A stretch of 64,000 bases of DNA from Planctomycetota bacterium (GTDB lineage Bacteria > Planctomycetota > UBA1135 > UBA2386). A program made the position numbers and the translations under genes. The notes beneath the pieces are model-generated. The model was given only the letters and a program-made list of their open reading frames with translations, did no database searches and was not told the DNA's origin. Location of the stretch: the NCBI GenBank assembly GCA_046290465.1, contig JBKAGP010000001.1:1952001-2016000 (forward strand). Reading direction: 5' to 3'. This document shows positions 18,173-29,309 of the stretch, in pieces (position 1 is the stretch's first letter; every line of letters begins with the position of its first letter).

Positions 18173-18640
18173 TCAGCCGAGGAACTCGATCGCGCCGCCG
18201 GGCAGGAAGTACAGGATCACCATCTCGCCGTCGGTGACCGTCGGCACGTGCTCGCTGTCCTTGCCGTAGACGACCCAACCCTCGCCGTTGCCGTCGAAGC
18301 GCGCCGCGCCCTTGGTCGCGAAGCACAGGTCGATCTCGCCGTTGGGGTGGCGATGGCGCGGGCCCGGGCTGTTCATCCAGACGCAGTCGACGCTGAAGCC
18401 GCACAGGTCCTTGGCGACGCGGCCGAAGCGCACGCCGCCGGCCTCCTTCGGCAGCAGCCAGTCGGAGTCGACGTTGGCGAGCGCAGCCGCGCGGATCGCC
18501 ACGACCTGCTCGCCGGCGAACGCCGCCTTGGACTCTGCCTGCGCCGCGGCGTCGGCGGCGTCGACGTCGACCTGCTGCAGCTTCTCGGCCAGCGGCCGCA
18601 GCATCTCGACGAACTGTTCCTTGCTCAGTGCTTCACTCAT
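18173..18640 (-). CDS. DUF4863 family cupin (PnbB/4-hydroxylaminobenzoate lyase-like)
   Basis: GVRFGRV, GFSVD, GPRHRHPNGEID, FDG.GEGWVVY...H.PTV and LYFLPGGAIEF motifs. Confidence 0.75.
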   Translation of the reverse strand: MSEALSKEQFVEMLRPLAEKLQQVDVDAADAAAQAESKAAFAGEQVVAIRAAALANVDSDWLLPKEAGGVRFGRVAKDLCGFSVDCVWMNSPGPRHRHPNGEIDLCFATKGAARFDGNGEGWVVYGKDSEHVPTVTDGEMVILYFLPGGAIEFLG

Positions 18641-18647
18641 GGTCTCG

Positions 18648-19190
18648 CTACTTGCCCTTCGGCCGGAACACCTCGACCACCTCGGGGTTGCCCTCGAGGC
18701 GCGGCCCGCCGATCAGGTCGATGCAGTACGGGATCGCCGGGAACACCGCATCGAGGCAGACGCGGATCGAGCCCGGCTTGCCGGGCAGCGTCACCACCAG
18801 CGCCTGCTCGAGGATCGCCGCGGTCTGGCGCGACAGGATCGCGGTCGGCACGCCGACGTCGAGCGACGCCGCGCGCATCTTCTCGCCGAAGCCCGGCAGC
18901 TCCTTGTGGCAGACGTCGCGGATCGCCTCGGGCGTGACGTCGCGCGGCGACGGACCGGTGCCGCCGGTCGTGCAGATCAGGCAGCAGCCGCTCGCGGCCA
19001 GCTCCCGGATCGTCGCGCCGATCAACGCCCGTTCGTCCGCGATCACGCGCTTGTCGAAGTCGCAGTCGGTCGCCAGGTAGTCGCGCAGCGCGGCCTCGAT
19101 CGCCGGCCCCGACTGGTCCTCGTAGACGCCCTGGCTGGCGCGGTCACTGATCGTCACCACGCCGATGCGCGGCGGGCGCTCGGCGCTCAC
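18648..19190 (-). CDS. mog: Molybdopterin adenylyltransferase
   Basis: ISDRASQGVYED.SG, TTGGTGP.PRDVTPEA, PGFGE.MR, PTAILSRQ and LPGKP motifs. Confidence 0.93.
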   Translation of the reverse strand: MSAERPPRIGVVTISDRASQGVYEDQSGPAIEAALRDYLATDCDFDKRVIADERALIGATIRELAASGCCLICTTGGTGPSPRDVTPEAIRDVCHKELPGFGEKMRAASLDVGVPTAILSRQTAAILEQALVVTLPGKPGSIRVCLDAVFPAIPYCIDLIGGPRLEGNPEVVEVFRPKGK

Positions 19191-20899
19191 AGGTTGGCCT
19201 CCGGCAGGTCGTCGCCCTCTTGCGGCTGGTCCTCGCCGGCAGCGACCCGCTGCTTGATGCGGATGCGGAACTCGCCGCGCTCCTCGGGCTCGGCGAGGCG
19301 CCAGCGGCCCTGCTGTCGACGTCGCTCGATCGCCGCGCGCTGCATCATCACCGAGGTGACGTGGCGGCCGTCGGGCGTGAACACGTGCACGCGTCCCTTC
19401 GGCCCGAGCACGACGACCGTGCTCTGGTCGATGTCCCACAGGATCGAGCTGTCGCTGGCCTCCCCGGCATCGGGGTAGGCGCGCGACGTCGGCCGCTGGC
19501 CCTGCTCGCTGCGCTCGAGTCCGTGCTGGGTGCGGCGGCCCGCGTTGCGGGTGCGGCTCTGCAGCTGCCTGGCCAGATCCTGCAGCAGCGGCAGCACGAA
19601 CTCCTCCTCGTCGACCTCGCCGTTCTTGAGCTTGCCCTCGAGGCGCAGCGCCTCGCCGTCTAGCTTGCGCTGGAAGCGGCTCAGGATCTGCATCAACGCC
19701 GGGTCGGCCAGGTCCATCGGGTCGATCGCGCCGACGCAGTGCAGGCGCAGCCGCACGCGGCCTTCGAGGGTCGTGCCGCGCAGCAGCTGGAAGCTGAACG
19801 CGCAGCGACCGGCGTCGTTGAGGGTGCGGAACAGGCCGGCGTTGACCTGGCCGAGGATCTTGAAGACCGGCGACTGGCCGCCGAACTCGGCGAGCTGCTG
19901 GGTGCGCAGCACGCGCCCCATGGTCACGTGCGTGGTGACGATCTCCTCCCCGGCGAGCATGCGCTCGATCTCCGGATCCTTGCGTTCGATCGCGAGCGTC
20001 ACGAAGTCGGTGAAGTTGGGCTTGCCGGTCGACGAGTAGCCGTCGAACACCTGCCGCGGCTCGGTCGGACGGCAGCCTTCGGCGTGCGAGCTGTCGGCGA
20101 AGTAGCTGTAGACCGCCCCCGGCCGCAGCGCCTGCTCGTGCTCGCGCACCTCGCGCACGCGCTGCAGGATCTGTTCGACCGCGGTGCCGGCGGCGTGGCG
20201 CACGTCGTTGCCGCCGTCGAGCGGCACGCGCAGGTTGAGGTCGAGGTAGCGCGGCATCGCCAGCGGATCGACGCCTTCGATCTTGAGCAGCGCCTGCGCC
20301 ATGTCGGCGAGCGCGCGCACCGCCTGCATCGCCGAGTGCTGCGAGTCGCGACCGGGCTTGCGACGCTCGCCCTTCGCCGGCCGCGGCGGGCGCTGGGCCT
20401 TCTTGCGCTGCCGCGGCTGCTGCGAACGGCCGCCCTTCGACGCGTTGCCTTCGCCGCCTTCGCCGCGGGCCTCGTCGCCCGCCGAACCCTCGGCGCCGTC
20501 GGCCTGCTCGCCCCCCTCGCCCGCCGGCTTCTTGCGGCGACGACGGCGGCGACGTCGCTTCTTCTCGTCGCCCCCGCCGTCGGAGTCCCCACCGTCCGGG
20601 CTGCCGCCGTCCGGGCTGCTGCCGTCCGGGCCTGCTCCTTGTCGACCACCATCATCGGCGGGCGCGGCACGGTCGGGAGCGGAGCTGTCGGACCCGACAC
20701 CGTCGGACCCGGAGCTGCCGGGCCCGGCCGAAGGCTCGGCAGAAGGCCGCGCCGCCGGCTCACCAGCAGGCTGCGACGGCGGCTGCGCAGCAGCCGGATC
20801 CGCCGGATGGTTGTCGGGAGCCGCAGCCGGCTCCGGCGACGGCGACGTCGGCGGCGCGGGATCGGGTTGCGGGACGCTCTGCGGCTCGGAGTCGTTCAC
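19187..20899 (-). CDS. Hypothetical protein with a disordered Pro/Gly/Asp- and Arg-rich N-terminus
   Basis: Long ORF with GC3 bias; stop overlaps the mog start; start uncertain (GTG at 20899). Confidence 0.7.
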   Translation of the reverse strand: MNDSEPQSVPQPDPAPPTSPSPEPAAAPDNHPADPAAAQPPSQPAGEPAARPSAEPSAGPGSSGSDGVGSDSSAPDRAAPADDGGRQGAGPDGSSPDGGSPDGGDSDGGGDEKKRRRRRRRRKKPAGEGGEQADGAEGSAGDEARGEGGEGNASKGGRSQQPRQRKKAQRPPRPAKGERRKPGRDSQHSAMQAVRALADMAQALLKIEGVDPLAMPRYLDLNLRVPLDGGNDVRHAAGTAVEQILQRVREVREHEQALRPGAVYSYFADSSHAEGCRPTEPRQVFDGYSSTGKPNFTDFVTLAIERKDPEIERMLAGEEIVTTHVTMGRVLRTQQLAEFGGQSPVFKILGQVNAGLFRTLNDAGRCAFSFQLLRGTTLEGRVRLRLHCVGAIDPMDLADPALMQILSRFQRKLDGEALRLEGKLKNGEVDEEEFVLPLLQDLARQLQSRTRNAGRRTQHGLERSEQGQRPTSRAYPDAGEASDSSILWDIDQSTVVVLGPKGRVHVFTPDGRHVTSVMMQRAAIERRRQQGRWRLAEPEERGEFRIRIKQRVAAGEDQPQEGDDLPEANL

Positions 20900-21042
20900 G
20901 GGGCGGAAGACGATGCGCACAACGGCAGGGCCGGACAAGAACGAGCCGGAAAGAAACCGCCGCCGCGGCCGCGACCAGCCCGGCGGCGGCATTCCCTTCG
21001 CCGTGCGGGCCTGCTTAGCTAGGGGCCAATCTCCGCGCAATC

Positions 21043-22397
<1,355 letters not shown>

Positions 22398-22401
<4 letters not shown>

Positions 22402-23054
22402 GCATGAACTTCGGACGGGAGCAGGCGCTGCTGCGTCAGCGTTTGACCGAGAAGGGCTCCCCCGAGCTCGCGGCCGAACAGCAGGCCCGGTTCGGAGACA
22501 AGATGAAGTGCCTGGGCGCGGCGGACGACGAGGTGCTGGCCGCGGCGTCCGACCTGGTCGAGCAGTTCCCGACGATGGGACGGGCGCAGATGACGGCGTT
22601 CGTGCGCACGCTCTGGGGCAGCAAGACCCACGAGCTGCGCGGCGTCGGCGTCGAGATCCTGGCGCGCCGCGCCGAGCTGCTCGAGCCGCCCGACCTGGCG
22701 TTCGTCGAGGGCCTGCTCAAGGACGGCCACGATGCGGACATGCAGGCGCGGCTGGCGAGCGACGTGCTCGGCGCGCTGGTCTGCAAGAACAAGAAGCTCT
22801 GGAAGGATCTGCAGAAGCTCGCCAAGAGCGCCGACGACAAGCTGCGGCTCGCGGCGGTGCGCGCGGCGAAGGCGCCGTGCGCCAGCGACGGCAGCGTGTT
22901 CGACCGCTTCGAGAAGCTGGTCACGCCGCTGCTGGCCGAGGCCGACGAGCACCTGCAGGCGGCGGTCGACGAGGTGCTGCGCGCGGCGGCCGAACAGGAC
23001 GCCGAGGCCGTCAAGGCCTTCGCCAGCGAGCACGGCCTGTCGTTCGACGGGTAG
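22398..23054 (+). CDS. HEAT/ARM-like protein (AlkD DNA alkylation repair-like fold)
   Basis: ATGA overlap with cbs; LW.S..HE.R motif and helical repeats resemble the AlkD family. Confidence 0.55.
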
Positions 23055-23100
23055 CGGCTGGTTGCCGGGGTCGGCTCGGCGACCCGATGTGGGCCGGCTG

Positions 23101-23982
23101 CTAGTTGCCGCCGAGCTTGCCGCGCAGCTCCGTGTTGTTCGGGTGCCGCGTCGCGCCCTGCTGCCAGATCTGCCGGGCACGTTCCGGGTCCTCGTCCGCC
23201 AGCATGTTGCCGAGGTAGAGGTAGGTCTGCGCGTGGTGGTCCTGCACCGGCTGCGACTTCTGCTGCTCGATCAGCGTCTCGAAGTGGCTGATCGCCTCCT
23301 TGTTCTTGCCGAGGAACTTCGGCCAGAAGGTGTAGCTCACCGCCTTGGTGAAGCGCGCCTCCCAGTGGTTGCCGTCGATCGCCAGCACCTTGTCGAACTG
23401 CTTGTCGGCGAGCATCGACATGTTCCACTTGCTGTTGTCCATCTGCAGGTAGGCCATGTAGGCGTTCGCCAGGTCCATCTGCGCCTTGGGATCGTTGGGG
23501 TTGGCGTCGGCCAGCTCCTTGAACGCGTCGATAACCTCGTCCATCTTGCCGGCGTCGAAGGCGCGCTTCCACGCGTCGGCGTTGTCCCAGTAGTTGCTGC
23601 CGAGCAGCGTGTCGAGGTCGCCCTCGACGTCGAACGCGAGCTCGGCGTCGCCCGCCTTCTGGGCCGCGGCATCGGCCGGACCGCTGCCGCGCCGGTCGAG
23701 GTAGGCCTCGACCGCGGCCGCGACCTGGTCGGGCGACAGCGTCGGCGCCTCGGTGCGCTGCAGGCTCGCGGGCGCCGCCGCGGAGGCGGCCTTGGCGCGG
23801 ACCTCGTCGAGCCGGGTCTGCAGCTGTTCGTTCTGCTTGCGCAGGTCCTTGACGTCGGCCTGCAGGCCTTCGATCACCAGTTGGTCCCCGGAGCCGGCCT
23901 CGGGCTGCATGGCGATGGTGATGCCGGCGGCTGCGGCCGAGGCGAACAGGACGGAGACGACGACGGAGGCGGTTGCGTTCAT
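23101..23982 (-). CDS. Membrane-anchored coiled-coil TPR protein
   Basis: N-terminal hydrophobic segment, heptad repeat, TPR-like helices (ANPNDPKAQMDLANAY, AQTYLYLGN). Confidence 0.8.
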   Translation of the reverse strand: MNATASVVVSVLFASAAAAGITIAMQPEAGSGDQLVIEGLQADVKDLRKQNEQLQTRLDEVRAKAASAAAPASLQRTEAPTLSPDQVAAAVEAYLDRRGSGPADAAAQKAGDAELAFDVEGDLDTLLGSNYWDNADAWKRAFDAGKMDEVIDAFKELADANPNDPKAQMDLANAYMAYLQMDNSKWNMSMLADKQFDKVLAIDGNHWEARFTKAVSYTFWPKFLGKNKEAISHFETLIEQQKSQPVQDHHAQTYLYLGNMLADEDPERARQIWQQGATRHPNNTELRGKLGGN

Positions 23983-24076
23983 GGAGAGGGGGCGTGGGTT
24001 GTGGCCGGGAAACGACGCTCGCCGTCTCCCGGGCGCGGGCTACTGTAGCCGGCCGAGACTATTTCGAGACGCCCCC

Positions 24077-24826
24077 ATGCAGGTCTACGACACCCACTGC
24101 CACATCGGCCTCGACGGCAAGGTCGCCCCCGAGGACGACCACGCGCGCGCGGTCGCCGCCAACGTCGGCGCGCTGCTCGTGGTCGGCATCGACGCCCCCA
24201 CCAGCGAGGCCGCGCGCGCGCTCGCGCGGCTGCCCGGCGTGCGTTGGAGCGCCGGCCTGCACCCCAACGACAGCAGCCACTTCGACGAGCAGTGGCCGGC
24301 GATCGAGGCGCTGGCGCGCGATCCGTCGTGCACCGCGGTCGGCGAGACCGGCCTCGACTGCTTCCGCGACCGCACGCCGTTGCAGCAGCAGGAACGTTCG
24401 CTGCGCGCGCACCTGGCGCTGGCGCGCGAACTCGACCTGCCGGTGATCTTCCACTGCCGCGACGCGTTCGAGCCGCTGTTCGCGGTGCTCGACGACGAGC
24501 CGTCGGTGCGCGGCGTCATGCACTGCTTCTCCGGCGGCGTCGCCGAGGCGAAGCGTTCGCTGGACCTCGGCCTCTACCTGTCGTTCGCCGGCCCGCTGAC
24601 CTACAAGAAGAACGACGTGCTGCGCGAGGCGTGCGCGTTCACCCCGGCCGACCGCGTGCTGGTCGAGACCGACGCGCCGTTCCTGCCGCCACAGTCGCGG
24701 CGCGGCAAGCGCAACGAACCCGCGCTGATCCTCGAGACCCTCACCCGGCTGGCGGAGGTCCGTTCCCTCACCCTCGAAGCCGCCGCCACCCAGACCTACG
24801 ACAACGCCATCCGCCTCTTCGGCTGA
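24077..24826 (+). CDS. tatD: TatD family hydrolase/DNase
   Basis: DTHCH, GLHP, VGETGLD, HCR, VMHCFSG, ETDAPFL and RGKRNEP motifs. Confidence 0.93.
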   Translation: MQVYDTHCHIGLDGKVAPEDDHARAVAANVGALLVVGIDAPTSEAARALARLPGVRWSAGLHPNDSSHFDEQWPAIEALARDPSCTAVGETGLDCFRDRTPLQQQERSLRAHLALARELDLPVIFHCRDAFEPLFAVLDDEPSVRGVMHCFSGGVAEAKRSLDLGLYLSFAGPLTYKKNDVLREACAFTPADRVLVETDAPFLPPQSRRGKRNEPALILETLTRLAEVRSLTLEAAATQTYDNAIRLFG

Positions 24827-24837
24827 CCCACCGCACG

Positions 24838-25045
24838 GTCGGAAGGTCTGGTTCCGGTATTGGCTGGTTCCGGTATGGCTGGTTCCGGGAGCAGACCTTG
24901 CGGACCGGCTCGCCAGGTGGCGCAACCTGAACCGGGTTCGGTATGCGGCGTCCGGAAGGTCGGTTCTGGCAGCAGATCGTTCGGACCGGCTGCCAGGTGG
25001 CGCAACTTGAACCGGGTTCGGTATGCGGGGTCCGGTATGCGGGGG
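24838..25045. repeat. Composite intergenic direct repeats (about 81-bp period duplication plus GGCTGGTTCCGGTAT units)
   Basis: Copies starting at 24890 and 24971 share cggaccggct(c)gccaggtggcgcaacYtgaaccgggttcggtatgcggSgtccgg. Three ggttccgg units lie at 24850-24888. Confidence 0.85.
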
Positions 25046-25049
25046 CTGG

Positions 25050-26915
25050 TCAGCGGCCGGAGGGGGCGGCTGGGGATTGGAAGGCGCGGATGGCGTGGAT
25101 GGTGCGGGGGTCGGTCGGGTAGCGGCGCTGCAGGTCCTGCAGGGCGCGGCGCGCGTCGGCCGGCCGGCCGAGGTCGACCAGCGTGCGAACGCGCTGGATG
25201 CAGACGTCGATGGTCGGCAGGCCCGAGGCCATGCTGGTGTCGAGGTGGTGCAGCGCGCCGTCGAGGTCGTCGAGGCCCCGTCGCGCGAACGCGGCCAGCA
25301 GGTAGACGTAGCCCTTCGGCGGCGCGATCTCGAGGCACGACAGCGCCAGTCGCTCGGCGGTCTCGAAGTGCTCGTCCCCCAGCCCGGCGCGGCCCGCCTG
25401 CAGGTTGGCCTGCGCGACCAGCGTGCGCACCCACGGATCGTCCGGGCTGCGCTGCTGCAGTTCGGCGCTCGTCGCCAGCGACAACCACGGGAACGCGTGC
25501 TCGTCGTCCTGCGCGATCAGTGCCTCGACGTAGTTGCGCAGCGCATCGTGGTGGCCAGGATACAGCATGTGCGCCCGCTGCAGCGGACCGAGCGCGCCGG
25601 CCATGTCGCGATGGCGCATGCGGCTGGTGCCGAGCCCCCACCAGGCGCGGAACGACTCCGGGTGCTGCGACAGCTCCTGCTGCCACAGCGCGCGCTCGTC
25701 GCGATAGAGCCACGAACGTTGCGCCGACCAAGTCACCCCGACGGCCAGCAGCAGCGCGAACGCAGCCCGCAGCGCCCCGATCGGCAGCCGGCCACCGCAG
25801 GCGCGGCGCAGACGCGGAACGACCCCGACGCCGATCGCCGCGAAGCCGAGCAGCGGCCCGTAGAAGCGGTGCTCGGCGAACGGCATGTTCAGCGGGATCA
25901 CGATCCACGGCAGCGCGATCGCCCACGCCGTGCACGTCCCGAGGCGACGCAACCGCGCGTTGGGCCCGTTCCACAGTCCGGCGACCGTCAACCCGGCGAT
26001 GCTGCTCCAGCCGAGCAGCACCAGCGGATCGGCGAACGAACTGCGGTAGCCGACCTCCGGATCGAGCGTCAGCTGCGCCGGCACGACCGCCTGCCACAGC
26101 ATCTGCGGCAGCAGCGTGCCCATCGTCGCCAGCTGCATCGTCAGCGTGCGGCCATGGCCGCTCGAAGGATCCTCGCCGGTCCGGCCGAGCAGCTGCACGG
26201 TCGCCTCGCCGAGCAGCAGCTTGCGCGCGACCAGGTAGGCCACCACCAGCGCGACCACAGGCGCGATCCCGACCAGCAGACGGCGCCACTCGCGGCCGTT
26301 GGGCAGGCGGTGGCGCAGCACAAAGGCCTGCACCAGCATCAGCCCGGGCAACACGACGCCGGTCTCCTTGCTGCCGCACGCGAGCACCGTGCCGAGCAGC
26401 ATGCCGGCGACCGGCCGCACCGAGCCGCGGCCGCGCAGCCAGGCGAGCTGTGCGTGCAGGCCGAGCAACACGCCGAACGTCGACAGCAGCTCACTGCGCG
26501 CCGACACCAGGTTGATCGCCTCGGACGCGAGCGGGTGCACCGCGAACAACGCGGCACAGACGAACGCGGCGCGGCTCTGCCGCGACAGCTGCCACAGCCA
26601 TCGGAACAGCAGCGTCGCGACGCCGCAGTGGATCAACAGGTTGCCGCCCTTCAGCGACCACGCCGCCGGACTGACCGCGATGTTGAGCGCGAAGCTGGTC
26701 AGCAAGGCCGGGCGGTACATGCGCGCGGCCGCGCCGCTGAAGGCGTCGGGATCGGTCCAGAAGCTGCCGAGGTTCGACAGGCTCTGCACGGCCGGGTTGG
26801 CCGAGACCGAGTGCACGTCGTCGAACACGTAGTCGCCGCCAAGCGCGGCGCCGTAGGCTAGCACCGCGAGCAATGCGACCAACCAGCCCAGACGGGCGAC
26901 GAGACGTTCGCTCAC
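25050..26915 (-). CDS. TMTC-like GT-C glycosyltransferase with C-terminal TPRs (putative protein O-mannosyltransferase)
   Basis: YVFDD...NP, YRP, NLLIH, ALFAVHPL.SEA...SARSELL, SKETG and AEHRFY motifs, followed by TPR repeats. Confidence 0.8.
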   Translation of the reverse strand: MSERLVARLGWLVALLAVLAYGAALGGDYVFDDVHSVSANPAVQSLSNLGSFWTDPDAFSGAAARMYRPALLTSFALNIAVSPAAWSLKGGNLLIHCGVATLLFRWLWQLSRQSRAAFVCAALFAVHPLASEAINLVSARSELLSTFGVLLGLHAQLAWLRGRGSVRPVAGMLLGTVLACGSKETGVVLPGLMLVQAFVLRHRLPNGREWRRLLVGIAPVVALVVAYLVARKLLLGEATVQLLGRTGEDPSSGHGRTLTMQLATMGTLLPQMLWQAVVPAQLTLDPEVGYRSSFADPLVLLGWSSIAGLTVAGLWNGPNARLRRLGTCTAWAIALPWIVIPLNMPFAEHRFYGPLLGFAAIGVGVVPRLRRACGGRLPIGALRAAFALLLAVGVTWSAQRSWLYRDERALWQQELSQHPESFRAWWGLGTSRMRHRDMAGALGPLQRAHMLYPGHHDALRNYVEALIAQDDEHAFPWLSLATSAELQQRSPDDPWVRTLVAQANLQAGRAGLGDEHFETAERLALSCLEIAPPKGYVYLLAAFARRGLDDLDGALHHLDTSMASGLPTIDVCIQRVRTLVDLGRPADARRALQDLQRRYPTDPRTIHAIRAFQSPAAPSGR

Positions 26916-28057
26916 GCGGCCCCCGAGAAGCGGATCGGGTTGCAGCGCGACAGCACCTCGCGCCAGCGCCCGGCCAGCTGCGCGGTGCCGAAGTGGCGCT
27001 CGTAGGCGGCGCGCGCGCCGGCAGCGGCGCTGGCCAGCAGCGGCGGCGACGCCGCGAGGCGGCGCAGTTCGGCCGCGAGCGCGCCCGCGTCGCCGGCCCT
27101 GCTCGAGAACACGACCCCACTGCCGTCGAGCCAGCGCGCGATCGCGGGCGTATCGGCGGTCAGCACCGGCCGGCCCGCGGCGAGCGCGTGCACGACCTTG
27201 AACGGCACCACGCGCTGGGTCTTGCCGCCGGCACCGAACACGCCGGCGACTAGATGGCAGGACCCGAGCAGTTCGCGCAGGCGATCGCGATCGACAAACG
27301 CAGGCCCGATCGACACCCGCGAACCGAGCTTCGCCTTGGCGAAGCGGCGATCGTCGTCGGTGCCACCGACCAGCGTCAGCCGCACGTCGGCGACGCCCGC
27401 GACCGCGGTGATCAGCGTGCGCAGGCCGTGCAGCGGCACCCCGGTGCCGAAGAACAACAGCTCAAGCGGCATGCCCGGGAGCGGCGCGCGCCACGGATCG
27501 ACCTCGGAAGGCGCATCGGGATCGTGCACCGGCAGCCAGGTGAACCGTTCGGCCGGCAGCCCGGTCAGCTCCTGCACGTAGCTGGCGTTCTCGGGCGTGT
27601 CGAGCACGACCAGGTCGGCCGCGGCGCACGCCTGCGTGTCCACGCGGCGCAGGTAGTTGGCGACGATCGAGCCCGGACGCACCAGCCGCCGGTCCTCGAC
27701 GATCGTGTCGTACGCCGACAAGAACATGTCGAACGCGACCGGCGCGGCGACGCGCTCCTTGATGGCACGCACCAGACGGTGGCCCGGATACGGCACCACC
27801 ACGGCGTGCGGGCGCGTGCGTTCGACGGTCTGCTCCAGCGTCGACAGCAACCGTTCGCGCTGCCGCCGCTGCTGCAGCCACATCGACGGCCACCGCCACG
27901 GCTGCTGCAGCATGCGCTGCTTGCTGCGGCCGAGACCGGCCACGCGGCATTCGCCGACCTCGATGCCGGCCGCCTCGAGCCCCTGGCGCAGCGAACGGGT
28001 GCGCGGGTAGCCGGCACCTTCGTCCCAGGCCCCGCACAACAGGACGCGATCGTGCAT
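26912..28057 (-). CDS. Glycosyltransferase family 4-like (GT-B)
   Basis: YPR at the N-terminus; FFGTGVPLHG; KTQRVVPFKVVHALAAGRPVLTADT; coupled by overlaps on both sides. Confidence 0.85.
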   Translation of the reverse strand: MHDRVLLCGAWDEGAGYPRTRSLRQGLEAAGIEVGECRVAGLGRSKQRMLQQPWRWPSMWLQQRRQRERLLSTLEQTVERTRPHAVVVPYPGHRLVRAIKERVAAPVAFDMFLSAYDTIVEDRRLVRPGSIVANYLRRVDTQACAAADLVVLDTPENASYVQELTGLPAERFTWLPVHDPDAPSEVDPWRAPLPGMPLELLFFGTGVPLHGLRTLITAVAGVADVRLTLVGGTDDDRRFAKAKLGSRVSIGPAFVDRDRLRELLGSCHLVAGVFGAGGKTQRVVPFKVVHALAAGRPVLTADTPAIARWLDGSGVVFSSRAGDAGALAAELRRLAASPPLLASAAAGARAAYERHFGTAQLAGRWREVLSRCNPIRFSGAA

Positions 28058-29193
28058 CACGCGGCTCCTTCGTCGTGCTGGCCGGTCCCGCTCGGCGGCG
28101 TGCCGCCCTGGGCGAGCCCCTGGAACCGCAGCGCGGCGATCTGCTCGGCGATCAGGCCGAGCGCGAACAGCAGCATCGCCTGCGTCAGCAGCAGCACGGC
28201 CATGTTGGTGAAGCGGCCCTCGGTCAGCCAGGTGTTGAGGTACCACGCCACGCCGATCGCGCCGGTCACCAGCGACGCGGGCAGGAACACCCGCAGCGGC
28301 GCGAACATCGTGGCGATGCGCAGGATGATCACGAAGAACCGCGAGCCGTCGGCGAACAGGCGCACGTGGCTCTTGCCCTTGCGTTGGCGCACCTGGAACG
28401 GGTGGAAGCCCACCGACCAGCCGCCGCGCAGCATCGACATCGTGATCGTGGTCGGATAGCTGAACGTGTTGGGCAGCAGCCAGACGAGGCTCTTGGCGAC
28501 GTCGGCCCGCATCAGGCGGAAGCCGCTGGTCAGGTCCGGGATCCGTCGACCCGACACGTAGCTCGCGAAGCGGTTGTAGATCTGGTTGGCGAGGTTGCGG
28601 TGCACGCTGCCGCCGCGGCCGCCGCGCGAGGCGACCACCATGTCGTGGTGCTCGCGTTCGATCTGGTCGATCATCGCCGGCAGCTCGTGCGGCGGATGCT
28701 GGCCGTCGCCGTCGAGCAGCAGGATCCAGTCGCCCTTCGCCTCGCGGATGCCGCGCTTGACGGCCGCGCCGTTGCCGAGACCGACGCCGTGGTGCACGAC
28801 CTTGGCGTCGCGTTCGGCCGCGAGCTGCGGCGTCTCGTCGGTCGAGCCGTCGTTGACGACGATCACCTCGCAGAACGGCAGCTGCAGCTCGGCGAGCTCC
28901 CGGTTGATCTCGTCGAGCAGGCCGCCGACGTTGAGCGCCTCGTTGCGCGCCGGCACGACGATCGACAGGCTGCGCACCCGCGCGCGCTGCGCCGGCGTGC
29001 GCAGCGGCGGTGTCGCGGGCGCGGCCGGCACCTCGACCGCAGCATCGGTGAGCGCGGTCGGCCGTGCCTGCTCGGCGACCGGCGCGGTTGCCGAAGGCAG
29101 CTCCCCCACCGCCATCAGCGAAGCCAGAACGTTCTCACGGACCTCGAGTTCCGGACCCTGCAGCTGCGTCGACATCGTCGGTGCTATCGGCAT
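28057..29193 (-). CDS. Glycosyltransferase family 2, polyprenol-phosphate glycosyl synthase-like
   Basis: SIVVPARNE, VVNDGSTD, LDGDGQH and DLTSGFR motifs; two C-terminal TM helices; start uncertain. Confidence 0.88.
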   Translation of the reverse strand: MPIAPTMSTQLQGPELEVRENVLASLMAVGELPSATAPVAEQARPTALTDAAVEVPAAPATPPLRTPAQRARVRSLSIVVPARNEALNVGGLLDEINRELAELQLPFCEVIVVNDGSTDETPQLAAERDAKVVHHGVGLGNGAAVKRGIREAKGDWILLLDGDGQHPPHELPAMIDQIEREHHDMVVASRGGRGGSVHRNLANQIYNRFASYVSGRRIPDLTSGFRLMRADVAKSLVWLLPNTFSYPTTITMSMLRGGWSVGFHPFQVRQRKGKSHVRLFADGSRFFVIILRIATMFAPLRVFLPASLVTGAIGVAWYLNTWLTEGRFTNMAVLLLTQAMLLFALGLIAEQIAALRFQGLAQGGTPPSGTGQHDEGAA

Positions 29194-29309
29194 TCCGGGG
29201 GCCAGACCTCATGCCCGGCCCGTACAAACGCAACGCGCCCGCGTGCAGCCGAGGCTGCGCGCGGGCGCGTCGTTGCTGCGGTCATGCGACCGCATCGAGC
29301 CCGTCGTCC

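Noticed and set aside
24838..25045. Possible CRISPR array (also the arrays at 39867 and 58924)
   Set aside because: The units are contiguous or only two copies, there are no unique spacers, and there are no cas genes in the window.
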